Part shown: piece after piece, positions 1-12,632 of the stretch
Position numbering within the stretch: the first letter of the stretch is position 1
How the letters are laid out: every line of letters starts with the position of its first letter
Origin: Octopus sinensis
Lineage: Eukaryota
Direction of reading: 5' to 3'
Length of the DNA stretch: 64,000 nt
Assembly (NCBI RefSeq): GCF_006345805.1
Contig: NC_043018.1
Span: forward strand, 14,136,001 to 14,200,000
Position numbers and translations under genes: made by a program
The notes under the pieces: model-generated
Databases searched by the model: none
The model's input: only the letters and a program-made list of their open reading frames with translations
What the model was told of the DNA's origin: nothing

Positions 1-299
1 TCGCACTCGAAAGACTATAAGAAAAAATACTCAGAGCGTATGAAACAGGGACTAATTAAAAGTCTGAGAACAAAGATGGACGTTTAGGACAAACTTATGA
101 AAAAAGCTTTGGACTGGCAAAGCGTTGAAGGCTAGAATCGACCCGATAAATTTTCGCCCAAACAGTGCGTCCTGTCGGTTTTATTCTGAAAGAGTGGGTC
201 GCCCGTCGGTGTCTGTGGCAAAAGACAAGTAACCGAAATGTCATGCATGGGAAGTAATGAGAATTGATGACTGCAAAGCGGACATCTTACTTATTCGGC

Positions 300-362
300 T
301 ATGCGTACACACATATACGCAATTGAGCAAAAACACGCACGCAAATACGCACAGAGACAGGT

Positions 363-394
<32 letters not shown>

Positions 395-840
395 ACACAC
401 GCACATACGCTATGCACAAACACAAACAAATACATCCCTGCATATATACATGCACGTTGACATACATAGAAGCACATAAAAACACATACAATCATACAAG
501 GGCACACGCGAGACACACAAGACACACACACACACACAAAGCAAACACATACGCACACATACAAAGCAAACACACACACACACACACAAGCAAACACATA
601 CGCACACATACATGCATAAAAGAGGCGAAGCCAACTTTAACTTTCTCTCTACTTATTTCAATATCAGGAGAATAATTGTTGGGAGAAAAAGAAAAACACT
701 CAACGACAACAACCACATCAATAACTACAGCAACAACAACAACAACAAATACAGCAACAACAACAACAACAAATACAGCAACAACAACAAGAATAATAAC
801 ACAAAACATAACAAAACTTAACAAAACTAACATCAACAAC
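300..840. repeat. Compound (CA)n-rich then (AAC)n microsatellite
   Basis: Direct reading; explains the His/Thr, Cys/Val and poly-Asn ORFs. Confidence 0.95.
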
Positions 841-879
841 AATCTCCATTTTCTACAGAGTTTTCAATGTCTGTCTTTA

Positions 880-1419
880 ATCCCACACAATCTTTCTTTC
901 ATTCTTCCTTTCTTCCTTCCTTTCTTTCTTTGTTTTTCTTTATCCTCCTTTCTTCCTTTCTTCTTTTCTTTCTTTCTTCCTTGTTCTTTTTCCTTTCTTT
1001 CTATCTTTCCTTTCTTTCTTTCTTTCTTTCTTTCTTTTCTTCTTCACTTTTATTTTCCGTTCTTCATTTCCTTTTTCTTTCGTTCTTTCTTCGAATTAAT
1101 CTTTCTTCTTTCGTTCTTCGTTTTTCATTTTCTTTCTTTCTTTCTTTCTTCACTTTTATTTTTCTTTCTTTCTTTCTTTCTTTCTTTCTTTTTTTTCTTT
1201 CTTTCTTCTCTTTTCTTTCTTTCGTTATTTTTTCTTTCTTTCTTTCTTCATTTTTCTTTTTCTTTCTTTCTTTCTTTCGTTATTTCTTTATTTGTTTTCA
1301 TTTTCATTCTTTCTTTCTTTTTCACTTTCATTTTTTTTCTTTCTTCCTTTTTCGTTTTTTTCTTTCCTTTTTTCCTTCTTCCTGTCTTTCTTTTCACGTA
1401 ACTATTCATCTATCTATTC

Positions 1420-1459
<40 letters not shown>

Positions 1460-1464
1460 GTCTG

Positions 1465-1519
<55 letters not shown>

Positions 1520-1524
1520 GTCTG

Positions 1525-1593
<69 letters not shown>

Positions 1594-1629
1594 CTGTCTG
1601 TCTATCTTCTATCTATCTATCTATCTATC

Positions 1630-1661
<32 letters not shown>

Positions 1662-1667
1662 CTTCTG

Positions 1668-1762
<95 letters not shown>

Positions 1763-1833
1763 CTATCTATCTATCTACCTATCTATCTATCTATCTATCT
1801 ATCTATATCTATCTATCTATCTATCCTCTATCC

Positions 1834-1901
<68 letters not shown>

Positions 1902-1960
1902 GTCTGTCTATCTATCTATCTATCTATCTGTCTATCTATCTATCTATCTATCTATATCTA

Positions 1961-1999
<39 letters not shown>

Positions 2000-2000
2000 G
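880..2000. repeat. (TTTC)-rich polypyrimidine tract (880-1400) followed by (TATC/TGTC)n array (1400-2000)
   Basis: Direct reading. Confidence 0.95.
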
Positions 2001-2289
2001 CCGTTTGTTGCGTCGACTCCCGTAAGCTGAAGTATGTTTTCGGTTTTATTTATGTGTATCTGTAGTTTTCTCTGTTAAAAAGGTGCCTAACATCTTTTGC
2101 GTGACCTCGAGCGAGGCTTTCGCTTGACAATTTACGCTTTAAAGGGTGCATTATTCAAATTTTAAAATCTCATTTCATAAAAAGCTTTTTCATCTTACCA
2201 CACAGCCACTCCTGCACACATGCGCAGAAAGCAGCGTGACAATAATAAAGATATGTGGCAAAAGTGCGGAAAGTTTTTGATTTCCTCTC

Positions 2290-2690
<401 letters not shown>

Positions 2691-3265
2691 GAGGACATAT
2701 TACTGTTTAGTTTCTAGAATATCTATGCAATCCGTTGCTTTCATTCTGCTCTTCATACGCTCATAGTGTCCGCTACAAATAGCAGCAAAACCTGCTTCAG
2801 AATTTCTTTTAAAGCACGCAGTGGATAATGTATGTGACACTAAATAATATGATATAAAGCAGATGAAATGGCTACAGGTAGAAATGTATTTTATTGTAGG
2901 AAAGATCGAACAGAAGATAATGTTCATAAGAGAAACATGCAGCGTAAGCAATAATAATGACGACGATAACAACGATGACAACAACGGTAATAACAGGAGA
3001 ATGAATCTGACTACATAAGTTTTCAATTACTTGTAAGGATCTGGCAAAGTTAACAAAAGGAAAACGATCAATGTTTCATTATATTTATTATCCAGGAACA
3101 CTTACGCCTCACATCCAATATTTTATTTCAATAACCAACACAAAAAAAAAATCTACATTGACAATATTGCAAGAGGGTGTCTATCATCTCTACTTAAAAC
3201 ATCCAATAAAAACACACACACACACACACACACACGCATGTGTGTGTGTTTATGCAATGCGTTAC

Positions 3266-3312
<47 letters not shown>

Positions 3313-3766
3313 GTGTGTGTGTGTGTGTGTGGGTGTGGGTGTGTGTGTGTGTGTATGTGTTTATACATACATATATACGAATGTGTGTCGGCAAATGTAT
3401 GTGTGTATGTGTTTATATGTATATATAGGTGCATATATTGCAAAAGAACAAACAGATTAAACTGCATCAAACCAACACCAACAAACAAACAAAGCAAACG
3501 AACGCAAAACGAAGATCGAAGAGACGATAAATCGATATGGAGATATCAGAAAACTGATACACGTTGCCAGTTTGAGCACTTGAAAGATGTGCATTCTCGG
3601 TGAACAAAGCCATTTGCTAACAAAATGGACGTCAAATGACTTCTTGGTCTCTCATTGCAAGGTTACAGATGCCGCAGCAGAAATTGGTTAGGTTTCTGGT
3701 TCTCTAGCAATATAGACCCATCACCGTCACCTGTACCACCACACCAATGGTTTCTTCCAGTTTATC

Positions 3767-3844
<78 letters not shown>

Positions 3845-3883
3845 GTCATTATTATTATTAATATTATTATATTATCATTATTA

Positions 3884-3918
<35 letters not shown>

Positions 3919-4040
3919 TATTATCATCATCATCATCATTATTATTATTATTATTATTGTCATTATTATTATTTATATTATTATTATTATTATTATTGTT
4001 GTTGTTGTTGTTGTTGTTGTTGTCATTGTTGTTTTTATTA

Positions 4041-4255
4041 AGGCACCGAACTGGTGAATCGTTAGCTCACCGGAGGAAACGCTTAGCGGCATTTCATATG
4101 TCTTTACGGTCTGAGTTCAAACTCCACCGAGGTCGACTTTGCCTTTCATCCTTTCGGGGTCGATAAATTAAGTACCAGTTGAGTGCTGGAGGTGATGTAA
4201 TCAACTAACCCCTCCCCCAAATTTCAGGCTTTGTGCCTGTAGTAGAAAGGATTAT
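4041..4255 (+). mobile_element. tRNA-derived SINE, family A, ending in an (ATT)n tail
   Basis: Head ...GAATCGTTAGC...GAGTTCAAA (B box-like) and body TTTCATCCTTTCGGGGTCGATAAATTAAGTACCAG shared with many copies in the window. Confidence 0.85.
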
Positions 4256-4370
4256 TAGTATTATTGGTATTACTATTATTATCATTATTATTATTATTAT
4301 TATTATTATTTATTATTATTATTATTATTATTATCATCATCATCATCATCATCATTATTATTATTATTAT

Positions 4371-4900
4371 TGAGTGAGAGAGCAGTTCATGCCATCAAAG
4401 TGACACTGGGGTAAAATATACGAAGCCCAATATACCCATCATGACTACCCGTCTGATAAAGGTACACCAGGCACATGCATCACAACCATATGTGCGCGAC
4501 ATGGCGATCTCATATCAAGATAAACAGCACATGACCTTGCAGGTGGGGCCCAGTTAGAATTTTCTTCAGGTTGAGTAACCCATCCCGCTCAAAAGGTCCC
4601 TGAATAAGGGTTGTTTAAGGATGTTGAAAGAATCACCCATGTTTCCAGAGGTGAATTATTCAAACCCCAAAGAATCCCTCTCAACACATGGCTATGATGC
4701 TCCCCCACTACTTCTTCTGCTGTGATCAGAGATGCACATATCGTCAGCCACCAAGGGACATGCTCAACTGGTTAAGTCAAACAACTGACAAGCAAATCTG
4801 TGGTATTGAGCAGAATATTTGCTGTAGCCCATCTTTTATACCAAGACAAAACAATGTACATGATAACACTTCCAATCAGTTAAGATAAGAAGCCATGAGA

Positions 4901-4959
<59 letters not shown>

Positions 4960-5205
4960 GATTATTATTATTATTATTATTGAGTGAGAGAGCAGTGCAT
5001 GCCATCAAAGTGACACTGGGGTAAAATATACGAAGCCCAGTATACCCATCATGACTGCTACCCGTCTGATAAGGGTACACCAGGCACATGCATCGCAACC
5101 ATATATGCGCGACATGGTGATTTCATATCAAGATAAACAGCGCATGACCTTGCAGGTGGAGCACAGTTAGAATTTTCTTCTGGTCGAGTAGCCCATCCCG
5201 CTCAA
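4371..5205 (-). mobile_element. Two tandem copies (4371-4900, 4981-5205) of a (TAA)n-tailed retroposon, here called element D
   Basis: Both start TGAGTGAGAGAGCAG..CATGCCATCAAAGTGACACTGGGG right after (TTA)n; same sequence at 42870 and 43418; variable truncation at the end away from the tail. Confidence 0.8.
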
Positions 5206-5219
5206 TTGTTATTGTTATT

Positions 5220-5252
<33 letters not shown>

Positions 5253-5697
5253 GCTGCTGCTGTTGCTGTTATTTTTGTTGTTGTTGCCTTTGTTGTTAGT
5301 ATAATTCACTCAAGGTCGGTAGTAAAACTTGTTTCCTTATTTATCTCGCCGCCATCTTTGCTGTTTAGCATTCGTTGCTTTTTATCGTTTCTGTTTTATA
5401 TTGTTGATCTTGTTTCTGTTTTGTTGTTGTTGTTCTTGTTGTTGTTGTTTTGTCCTTTATTTCACGTTTTCAATAGGTTCGTCTTTAATGTTTCTCGGTC
5501 ATTAAAAGGCAGGCGATAAAAAAAATCTCCCCTGAATCGTTAATCTATCGAATTTCCTTTCGATCATTAAACAGACTTGTTCTGATGCTGAGCAACGACA
5601 TTGGAGCCGGAAGTGAGGTGAGTGGGCTGCGGGAATTGATCGCTTATCAAAACTGACCATGCATGGTTCGTATGATCCAATAAAACACGTTCTATAA

Positions 5698-5877
5698 CAG
5701 GCTTGGGCAACTCCTTTTGAGAAGCGGGCCGCTCGACACATAGCTCGGCATCAGGTGGCCCACACGCGTAAAACATGCAAGGTAATTTTCTGTTAAGTGT
5801 GCCTTTCGGAAAGGACTGCGGCCCACGGTTTACCCGGGCCGCAAGAGACATGACTCATTATCAGGTTGACCACACTA
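5698..5877. mobile_element. Probable hAT-derived MITE
   Basis: Ends CAGGCTTGGGCAAC ... GTTGACCACACTA resemble hAT TIRs, with subterminal GGGCCGC motifs; no intact 8-bp TSD. Confidence 0.4.
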
Positions 5878-6218
5878 CTAAAAAATGTCAAAGAAATTTT
5901 TCTTCGTGTGGTCCATTAAGAATGGCCGCGGGACGCAATTAGCCCATGACTGCATAGAGTTTATATGGTCCTTCAACCTAGCTAGAAATAGTAGACAAAT
6001 TTCTCTCGCTCTTCCCTTACATCATCTTATTTCTTTATTGCCCACAAAGGGCTACACACAGAGGAGACAAACAAGGACAGACAAACGGATTAAGTCGATT
6101 ATATCGACCCCAGTGCGTAACTGGTACTTATCTTTTATATGTTTCAGCCTTGAGACTGCTGACATGCTGGGACACCGCCAGTACTATAATCATTATGCAT
6201 ATATGCATTTAATATATA

Positions 6219-6265
<47 letters not shown>

Positions 6266-6912
6266 GCACGTATCTATTGCATGTGTGTATACATAAATAT
6301 ATGATACACTCACAAACGTACACGCGCATATATTTACGTGTGCTAAATCCGTAAATAAATATTATCGTTTAATACGAAATACTTCAATTCCTCACAAGAG
6401 AATAAACATAGTTCACATTAAACTCATCCTGTACATGTGTGTGTGTGTGTGTGTAAATATACGCACATATATGTACACACACACACACATACATACATAC
6501 ACACACACGCACACACACACACACACACACCACACACACACACACACATAGATACTAAGTTTAATCTCTATGATAAATAACAGATCTTAGGTAAAAAAAA
6601 AATTTCATACGTGTAATATTGAAGATATAACATATAAATCAAAATTGTGGTAACTTTCTCTCGTTGAAGTTATATTATTTATTATCAGTTTTATATTTGA
6701 TGCCAGATCAAGATATTTCGGGAAAATTCTCTGGAGATCCCACGCTTAAATATAGTTTTGATTTGGTAACTTTTCAGTTTCTCTCTGTCATCTACAATTA
6801 TACTTGTTGTTGTCAATTTCATGCGTTGGTTGTGCATTGGTGTGTTGGTGTATTTTTTAATGTCTGTGTGTATAAGAGGGACAGGAGGAGGAAGAGAGTG
6901 GGTGTATATGAC

Positions 6913-6943
<31 letters not shown>

Positions 6944-7334
6944 AAAGGGAAAGAGAGAGAAAAAAGGGAGAGAGAGCGGGTGTGAGAGAGAAGGAGAAAG
7001 AGAGTGTGTGTGAAAGAAAGCGAGAGAGAGGGAAAGAGAATGTGTATGAGAGTTTGCGTTACAGTTTGTGTAAAAAAAATTCTATGTACGTATATATATG
7101 TGTGTGTGTATGTGTGTGTGTGTGCGTTTGTACATAAGTGTGTACGTGAGTATATTTATATCTACATGTGCATGTGCGCACGCATGAGTATATAAACATG
7201 TGCGCGTGTGCGCGTGTGTCTGTGTTTGTATACAGGTGTATATTTGTTAAGACGTTTGTTCTTCGTGTGTCTGTGTTTACATGTATGAGTGTGAGTGAAT
7301 AAAAAAAATTGGGTTTAAAAAGGTTCGAAGGCGA

Positions 7335-7476
7335 AAGAAAGAAAGAATGAAAATGAAAACAAATAAAGAAATAACGAAAGAAAGAAAAAAAGAAAAATAA
7401 AAGTGAAGAAAGAAAGAAAGAAAATGAAAAATGAAGAACGAAAGAAAAAAGAAATGAAGATCGGAAAATAAAAGTA

Positions 7477-7524
<48 letters not shown>

Positions 7525-7741
7525 AAGAAAGGAAAAAGAACAAGGAAGAAAGAAAGAAAGGAAGAAAGAAAGAAAGAAAAATAAAAGTGAAGAAAGAAAG
7601 AAAGAAAATGAAAAACGAAGAACGAAAGAATAAAGATTAATTCGAAGAAAGAACGAAAGAAAAAAGAAATGAAGAACGGAAAATAAAGGTAAAGAAAGAA
7701 AGAAAGATAGAAAGATAGAAAGAAAGGAAAAAGAACAAGGA
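7335..7741 (-). repeat. (GAAA)-rich complex repeat, inverted homologue of 979-1320
   Basis: Shares non-microsatellite anchors such as CGTTCTTTCTTCGAATTAATCT and CGTTATTTCTTTATTTGTTTTCATTTTCATTC. Confidence 0.85.
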
Positions 7742-7899
7742 CGCGAACCCACATTTCCTGTTAACATGACAGGTGTTCTACTACTGGACCAAAACAAACA
7801 TTCGAAGTTCTCTATTCATGTTAAAAACTTTATTTTTACCAACGAGGATTGTATGTTGTTGACATTCTAAGGATTTATAAATTTCGAAAGAACGTGAAA

Positions 7900-9050
7900 C
7901 AGTTGATATTGAAACAGGTGATACGGAACTATTTCGTGTCCCTCAAATTTATAAATCTTTATGATGTCAATAATTGCTTCACTGCTCTTCGAGTTACCCC
8001 TATTTCCAGGTCTTTGTACTTTGGTATTGATACATCGTTTAGGAAGTTTGTTTTTTTGTGATCTCTGATGACATCCGGCCTATTAGCCTCAATTTCTCTG
8101 TCTATGTGATTTGGCATATCTCAGAATATGGTTGTTTTCTCATTTTCTGTGACCTTTTCTGGTGTGTGCCTATACCACCTTTTTTCCGTTGTTATTCCAT
8201 AGTGTTGGTATAGCTTCCAGTTTATATAAGTCCCAACTCTGTCGTGTCTGTGAATATATTCCTTCTTAGCCAGGACTGGGCAAGCAGAAACAATATGATT
8301 TATTGTTTTTTGTTAATTTCCACATATCCTGCAGTTAGTTGTATTTCTTTTCGTTACATGTTTTTGGTGATTTCTGATGGGAAGGCTTTCGTCTTGTGCT
8401 GCAATCAAAAATCCTTCACTCTCTGCTTTGAGTCCTGAACTTTTCAGCCATTGTTGGGATATTGCTTTGTCTATCTTTTTTCTGTTCAGTTTAACCCAGT
8501 GTTTTCCATGAAGTGGCTTCTCATGCCATAGTTTTATCATGATGCGTTGTTGCTCAAGTTTTGGTTTGGATTTCATTTTTTTTCTACAGCTTTCGTTGTT
8601 TCTTCTTTTTCTTCATCGTTGTTAGGTACTATGACTTCTTTTTTTGTACTTATTAGCTTCCTTAAAAACTGAAAATAGTTTTTTGATTTGTTCGTGTTTT
8701 GTGGCTATTTGTATTAGTTTTCCTTGCTTCTGAAGTAGGTATTTCTGTAGTCCTACGGTGGTTATTTTGTAATAGTTTTCTAGGTGTATAAGGCCTCTAC
8801 CACCTTCTATACCTTGTATATATAACCTTTTTATGTCAGATTTTGGGTGGTGCATCCTAAATCCTGTCATTATTTTTCTTGCTTTCCTGTCTATTTTGAT
8901 TAGTTCGTTTTGTGTCCAGTTAAGGATATTATAGCTGTAACTTACAACTGGGACGGCTAAAGTGTTGATACGTCTTATTTTGTTTTTCGCATTGAGCTGT
9001 TTTCAGTATTAATATAACTCATCTATAGCATTCTTTTCATATTTTCTCTT
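7900..9050 (-). mobile_element. R4/Dong-clade non-LTR retrotransposon remnant (post-RT region, zinc knuckle, RLE endonuclease), decayed
   Basis: Translations HPKSDIKRLYIQGIEGGRGL, WHEKPLHGK, WLKSSGLKAESEGFLIAAQD, CRICG, DREIEANRPD, PKYKDLEI. Confidence 0.9.
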
Positions 9051-9054
9051 TAAT

Positions 9055-9102
9055 TTGTCGTCGTCGTCGTCCTCCTCCTCCTCCTCCTCGTCATCATCAT
9101 CA

Positions 9103-9194
<92 letters not shown>

Positions 9195-9665
9195 TATTGT
9201 TATTATTATTATTATTATTGTTATTATTATTATTATTATTACTATTATTATTACTATTATTATTATTATTATTATCATATTATTATCATCATCATCATCA
9301 TCAGCATCAGGCATCATCATCATCATCATCATCATCACCATCATCAGTAGTAGTAGTAGTAGTAATTTGTTCTTTCTTCCCTCCAATTTTTCTTGTCTTC
9401 TTTGCTTCTCAGTCCACTTTCATGAAATTATATTAAGTAAAGACTTCCAAGTTAATATGTTATATTATTGGATAATTAACTTTCATTTTCATTATCACTA
9501 CTGCCATCATCATCATCATCATCGTCGTCGTCGTCGTCGTCGTCGTTGTCATCAATATAAACGTCAAGGCTGCCACCATTATCATCACCACAACCATCAT
9601 CACCATCATCGTCATCATCAAGATCATTATTATCAGTGTCATCATCATCAACATCATCATCATTG

Positions 9666-9712
<47 letters not shown>

Positions 9713-9713
9713 G

Positions 9714-9754
<41 letters not shown>

Positions 9755-9830
9755 GTCATCATCATCATCATCACCATCATCATCGTCGTCATCATCATCA
9801 CTCTTTATCGTCATCGCCGTTGTCGACGCT
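9055..9830. repeat. Compound trinucleotide arrays (TCG/TCC/TCA/TTA, then CAT)
   Basis: Direct reading. Confidence 0.95.
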
Positions 9831-10678
9831 TTCGTCAGCATCACCACCTGACAATCAGGCATACCTCTACATCGCCATTGGAAACAAAATCTCTCCTGCT
9901 ACTTAATTATGTGGTATTTCCTAATTATTTTTAACATCAACAATTTCAAATTTGTTAATCACGTTTAAAAGCCAAATACTGTTTCCAGGAGCAAAAAAAT
10001 ATTTTTTACCATCAATTTAAAACCAGATTCTATATGGTCCTATTATTCGTGCATGTGTTGTATATGTGTGTGTGTATATGTGTGAGCTTCTGCACGTGCG
10101 TTTATACATACATACTCACAAATATATACATATATACATACATACTAAAATAGGGTAATAATAAATTATTACCAGTGGCCTAACACAAAAAAACGAATTA
10201 GTCATTAGACTATATATTATTCTTATAGAAATACAATAAGAGGCTTCCAAATAGGAAAGCGTTGTGCTAGAAAGAGCAGTAGAAATCTCAAGACCACAAA
10301 AAAGGATAAATTCACGAAAGGAATGAAAATTAAAAACGTTTACCATCTCAACTATTTCCCAGACCGACGGTTTCTAACTTTCCAGCAAAAAAGTATTTGC
10401 TGAAGGCCAGTTTTCTTCAGTGGGACAGCCTTTAGATTTCAGACATACAGACCGCCAGATCCACATGCAGAACTAACGGTTTGTAAATCCTAACTTTTCA
10501 AACCACTGCGCAGACCTAGATTATACCCGGCGACAGAGAGGATGCCGGTAAAGATTTCGAATAAATTTATCAAACAATATTTAAACATAATAAAATAGGG
10601 TAATAATAAATTATTATTACCAGTGGCCTAGCACAAAAAAAAACCGAATTAGTCATTAGAGGATGCCGGTAAAGATTT

Positions 10679-10795
10679 CGCTCAGGGAAGGAAAGAAAGG
10701 TAGTTTAACTTTTCGAGCAAAGCTCTTCTTGAGAAAGAGGAGATGGAGGAAAGTCCAATAGAAAAGGAGGACGGAGGAAAAAATCACCAACGATT
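10679..10795 (-). mobile_element. Diverged copy of a Penelope-like terminal-repeat fragment with a decayed minimal hammerhead motif (10703-10737)
   Basis: Aligns by eye to 28735-28836 and 57750-57860; minus strand reads CTTT-CTCAAGA-A-GAGC-TTT-GCTC-GAAAAGTT-AAAC. Confidence 0.65.
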
Positions 10796-10844
<49 letters not shown>

Positions 10845-10996
10845 CCAATTAAGGACTGAACACGAAAAGTGGACAGTCAACATGCTAGATATAGACGTCA
10901 AATCGCCATTCACCACAAAAGATTATTTCTCAGATCAAACTCAACACAAAACCATAGCAATAAACAAGTGAAAAATATACGAAATAAAATAATTAC

Positions 10997-11061
10997 CCAT
11001 GTACTAAATTAGTTTCAGCTGTTATTTTCCGCAAGGAAAACTGCAGCCATCATCAGCATGG
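10997..11061 (-). ncRNA. Type I hammerhead ribozyme, mirror copy on the minus strand
   Basis: Exact reverse complement of 11111-11175. Confidence 0.85.
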
Positions 11062-11110
11062 TCCGTTATAAATGTAATAAATTACATTTATAAATTACAT
11101 TTATAACGGA

Positions 11111-11175
11111 CCATGCTGATGATGGCTGCAGTTTTCCTTGCGGAAAATAACAGCTGAAACTAATTTAGTACATGG
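11111..11175 (+). ncRNA. Type I hammerhead ribozyme, Penelope-like-element type
   Basis: Stem I CCATG/CATGG; core CTGATGA plus one extra T; stem II GGCTG/CAGCT with inner TTTTCC/GGAAAA hairpin; GAAA; stem III ACTA/TAGT; cleavage triplet GTA (after 11170). Confidence 0.85.
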
Positions 11176-11414
11176 GTAATTATTTTATTTCGTATATTTT
11201 TCACTTGTTTATTGGTATGGTTTTGTGTTGAGTTTGATCTGAGAACATAATCTTTTGTGGTGAATGGCGATTTGACGTCTATATCTAGCATGTTGACTGT
11301 CCACTTTTCGTGTTCAGTCCTTAATTGGTATATATAAATATTTTAATCTTCGGATTCTTTTTTAATATGCTAGACCACTGGTCTTAATTGATAAATATCA
11401 ATTTCTACCCTTAA

Positions 11415-11453
<39 letters not shown>

Positions 11454-11546
11454 ATCATATGAAAGGGAAATGGAAATTAATTAAAATTTACATTTCCAGT
11501 GGTCTAAGGTATAAAAAATTTAGTCCAAAAGACTATATTTTAGTCA

Positions 11547-11841
11547 TAAGATATAGTGTACACTTAAACACATGAGGAATCCACTCATAGGATTCAACAC
11601 GCTAGAAAGAACAGTGAGGTTCTATAACCACAAAAATTAGGGATAAAATTCGACAGGAACGAATTGAAAAATAAAAAATAAAAAACATGGTAGAAATAGA
11701 TGGTAAAATGTTTTTATTTTTCATTTCGTTCCTGTCGAATTTTATCCCTAATTTTTGTGGTTATAGAACCTAGCTGTTCTTTCTAGCGTGTTGAATACTA
11801 TGAGTGAATTCCTCATGTGTTTAAGTGTATACTATATCTTA
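11547..11841. repeat. Second palindrome with arms of about 135-140 bp (11547-11688 / 11708-11841)
   Basis: Arms are reverse complements with about 6 substitutions and a short A-rich indel; 19-nt spacer. Confidence 0.9.
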
Positions 11842-12407
11842 GCTACACTAATTCATTCTCGTCGATGCCTCGAGTTTTCCCGAGAAGGACATCGCTCTTA
11901 CCAACAACTAGATTTCTAGATATTACTATCGCAGAGCTTCCACTGACTGACAGAGAGCAGTGAGCGTGTCCGACGACATTCCGGATTCCAGTAGGAGACT
12001 CTACCAAGTTTAACTTCCTTCTTCTCTTTCTCTTTGTTCTCGTCTTCCACACATTCTCCTCTTCTTCTTCCTCCGCTCCTTCTTCTCTTTCTCCTCCTCT
12101 CCATCCGCCTTCTCCTCTTCCCCATCGGCATGGTTAGCATCATCACCATCATGACCATTTGTCAACATCACACCAATTCAGGAGCTCCTCATCGTCATCG
12201 TTATCATCATTACAACTGTTCTTATCATCATCATCATCATCATCACAATTGTTCATCTCCTCCCCTTCTTCGTCTTTATCCTGATCACCAGCATCATCAC
12301 CACCACCACCACCATCATCATTGTCCTCGTCGTCATCACCATCATCATCATCATCAGACCACCACGTGGCCAACCGTGTCGTAACTGACATGAGAAGCGC
12401 AATAAAC

Positions 12408-12632
12408 TATTTCTTTACTACTCACAGGGGGCCAAACACAGAGAGGACAAACAAGGACAAACAAACGGATCAAGTCGATTATATCGACCCCAGTGCGTAA
12501 CTGGTACTTATTTAATCGGCCTAAAAAGGATGAAAGGCAAAGTGGACCTCGGCGGAATTTGAACTCAGAACGTAACGGCAGACGAAATACGGCTACGCAT
12601 TTCGCCCGGCGTGCTAACGTTTCTGCCAGCTC
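12408..12632 (-). mobile_element. SINE family A
   Basis: Reverse complement of the family A consensus, head to tail. Confidence 0.85.

Larger units (their letters stand above)
10837..11336. repeat. Near-perfect palindrome with arms of about 240 bp (10837-11078 / 11094-11336)
   Basis: Arms are reverse complements with one substitution and one 1-nt indel seen; 15-nt spacer. Confidence 0.95.

Noticed and set aside
241-2065. Long Cys/Val, Phe/Ser/Leu and IYLS ORFs
   Set aside because: Microsatellite translations; the same applies to poly-I, poly-N, poly-D, poly-H and YI ORFs throughout the window
6707-6765. GKFSGDP resembling the radial spoke head GRFMGDP motif
   Set aside because: Only a few residues match and no neighbouring sequence supports it
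11843-12010. SGSSAIVISRNL resembling an APE endonuclease segment
   Set aside because: Too weak; no other endonuclease motifs
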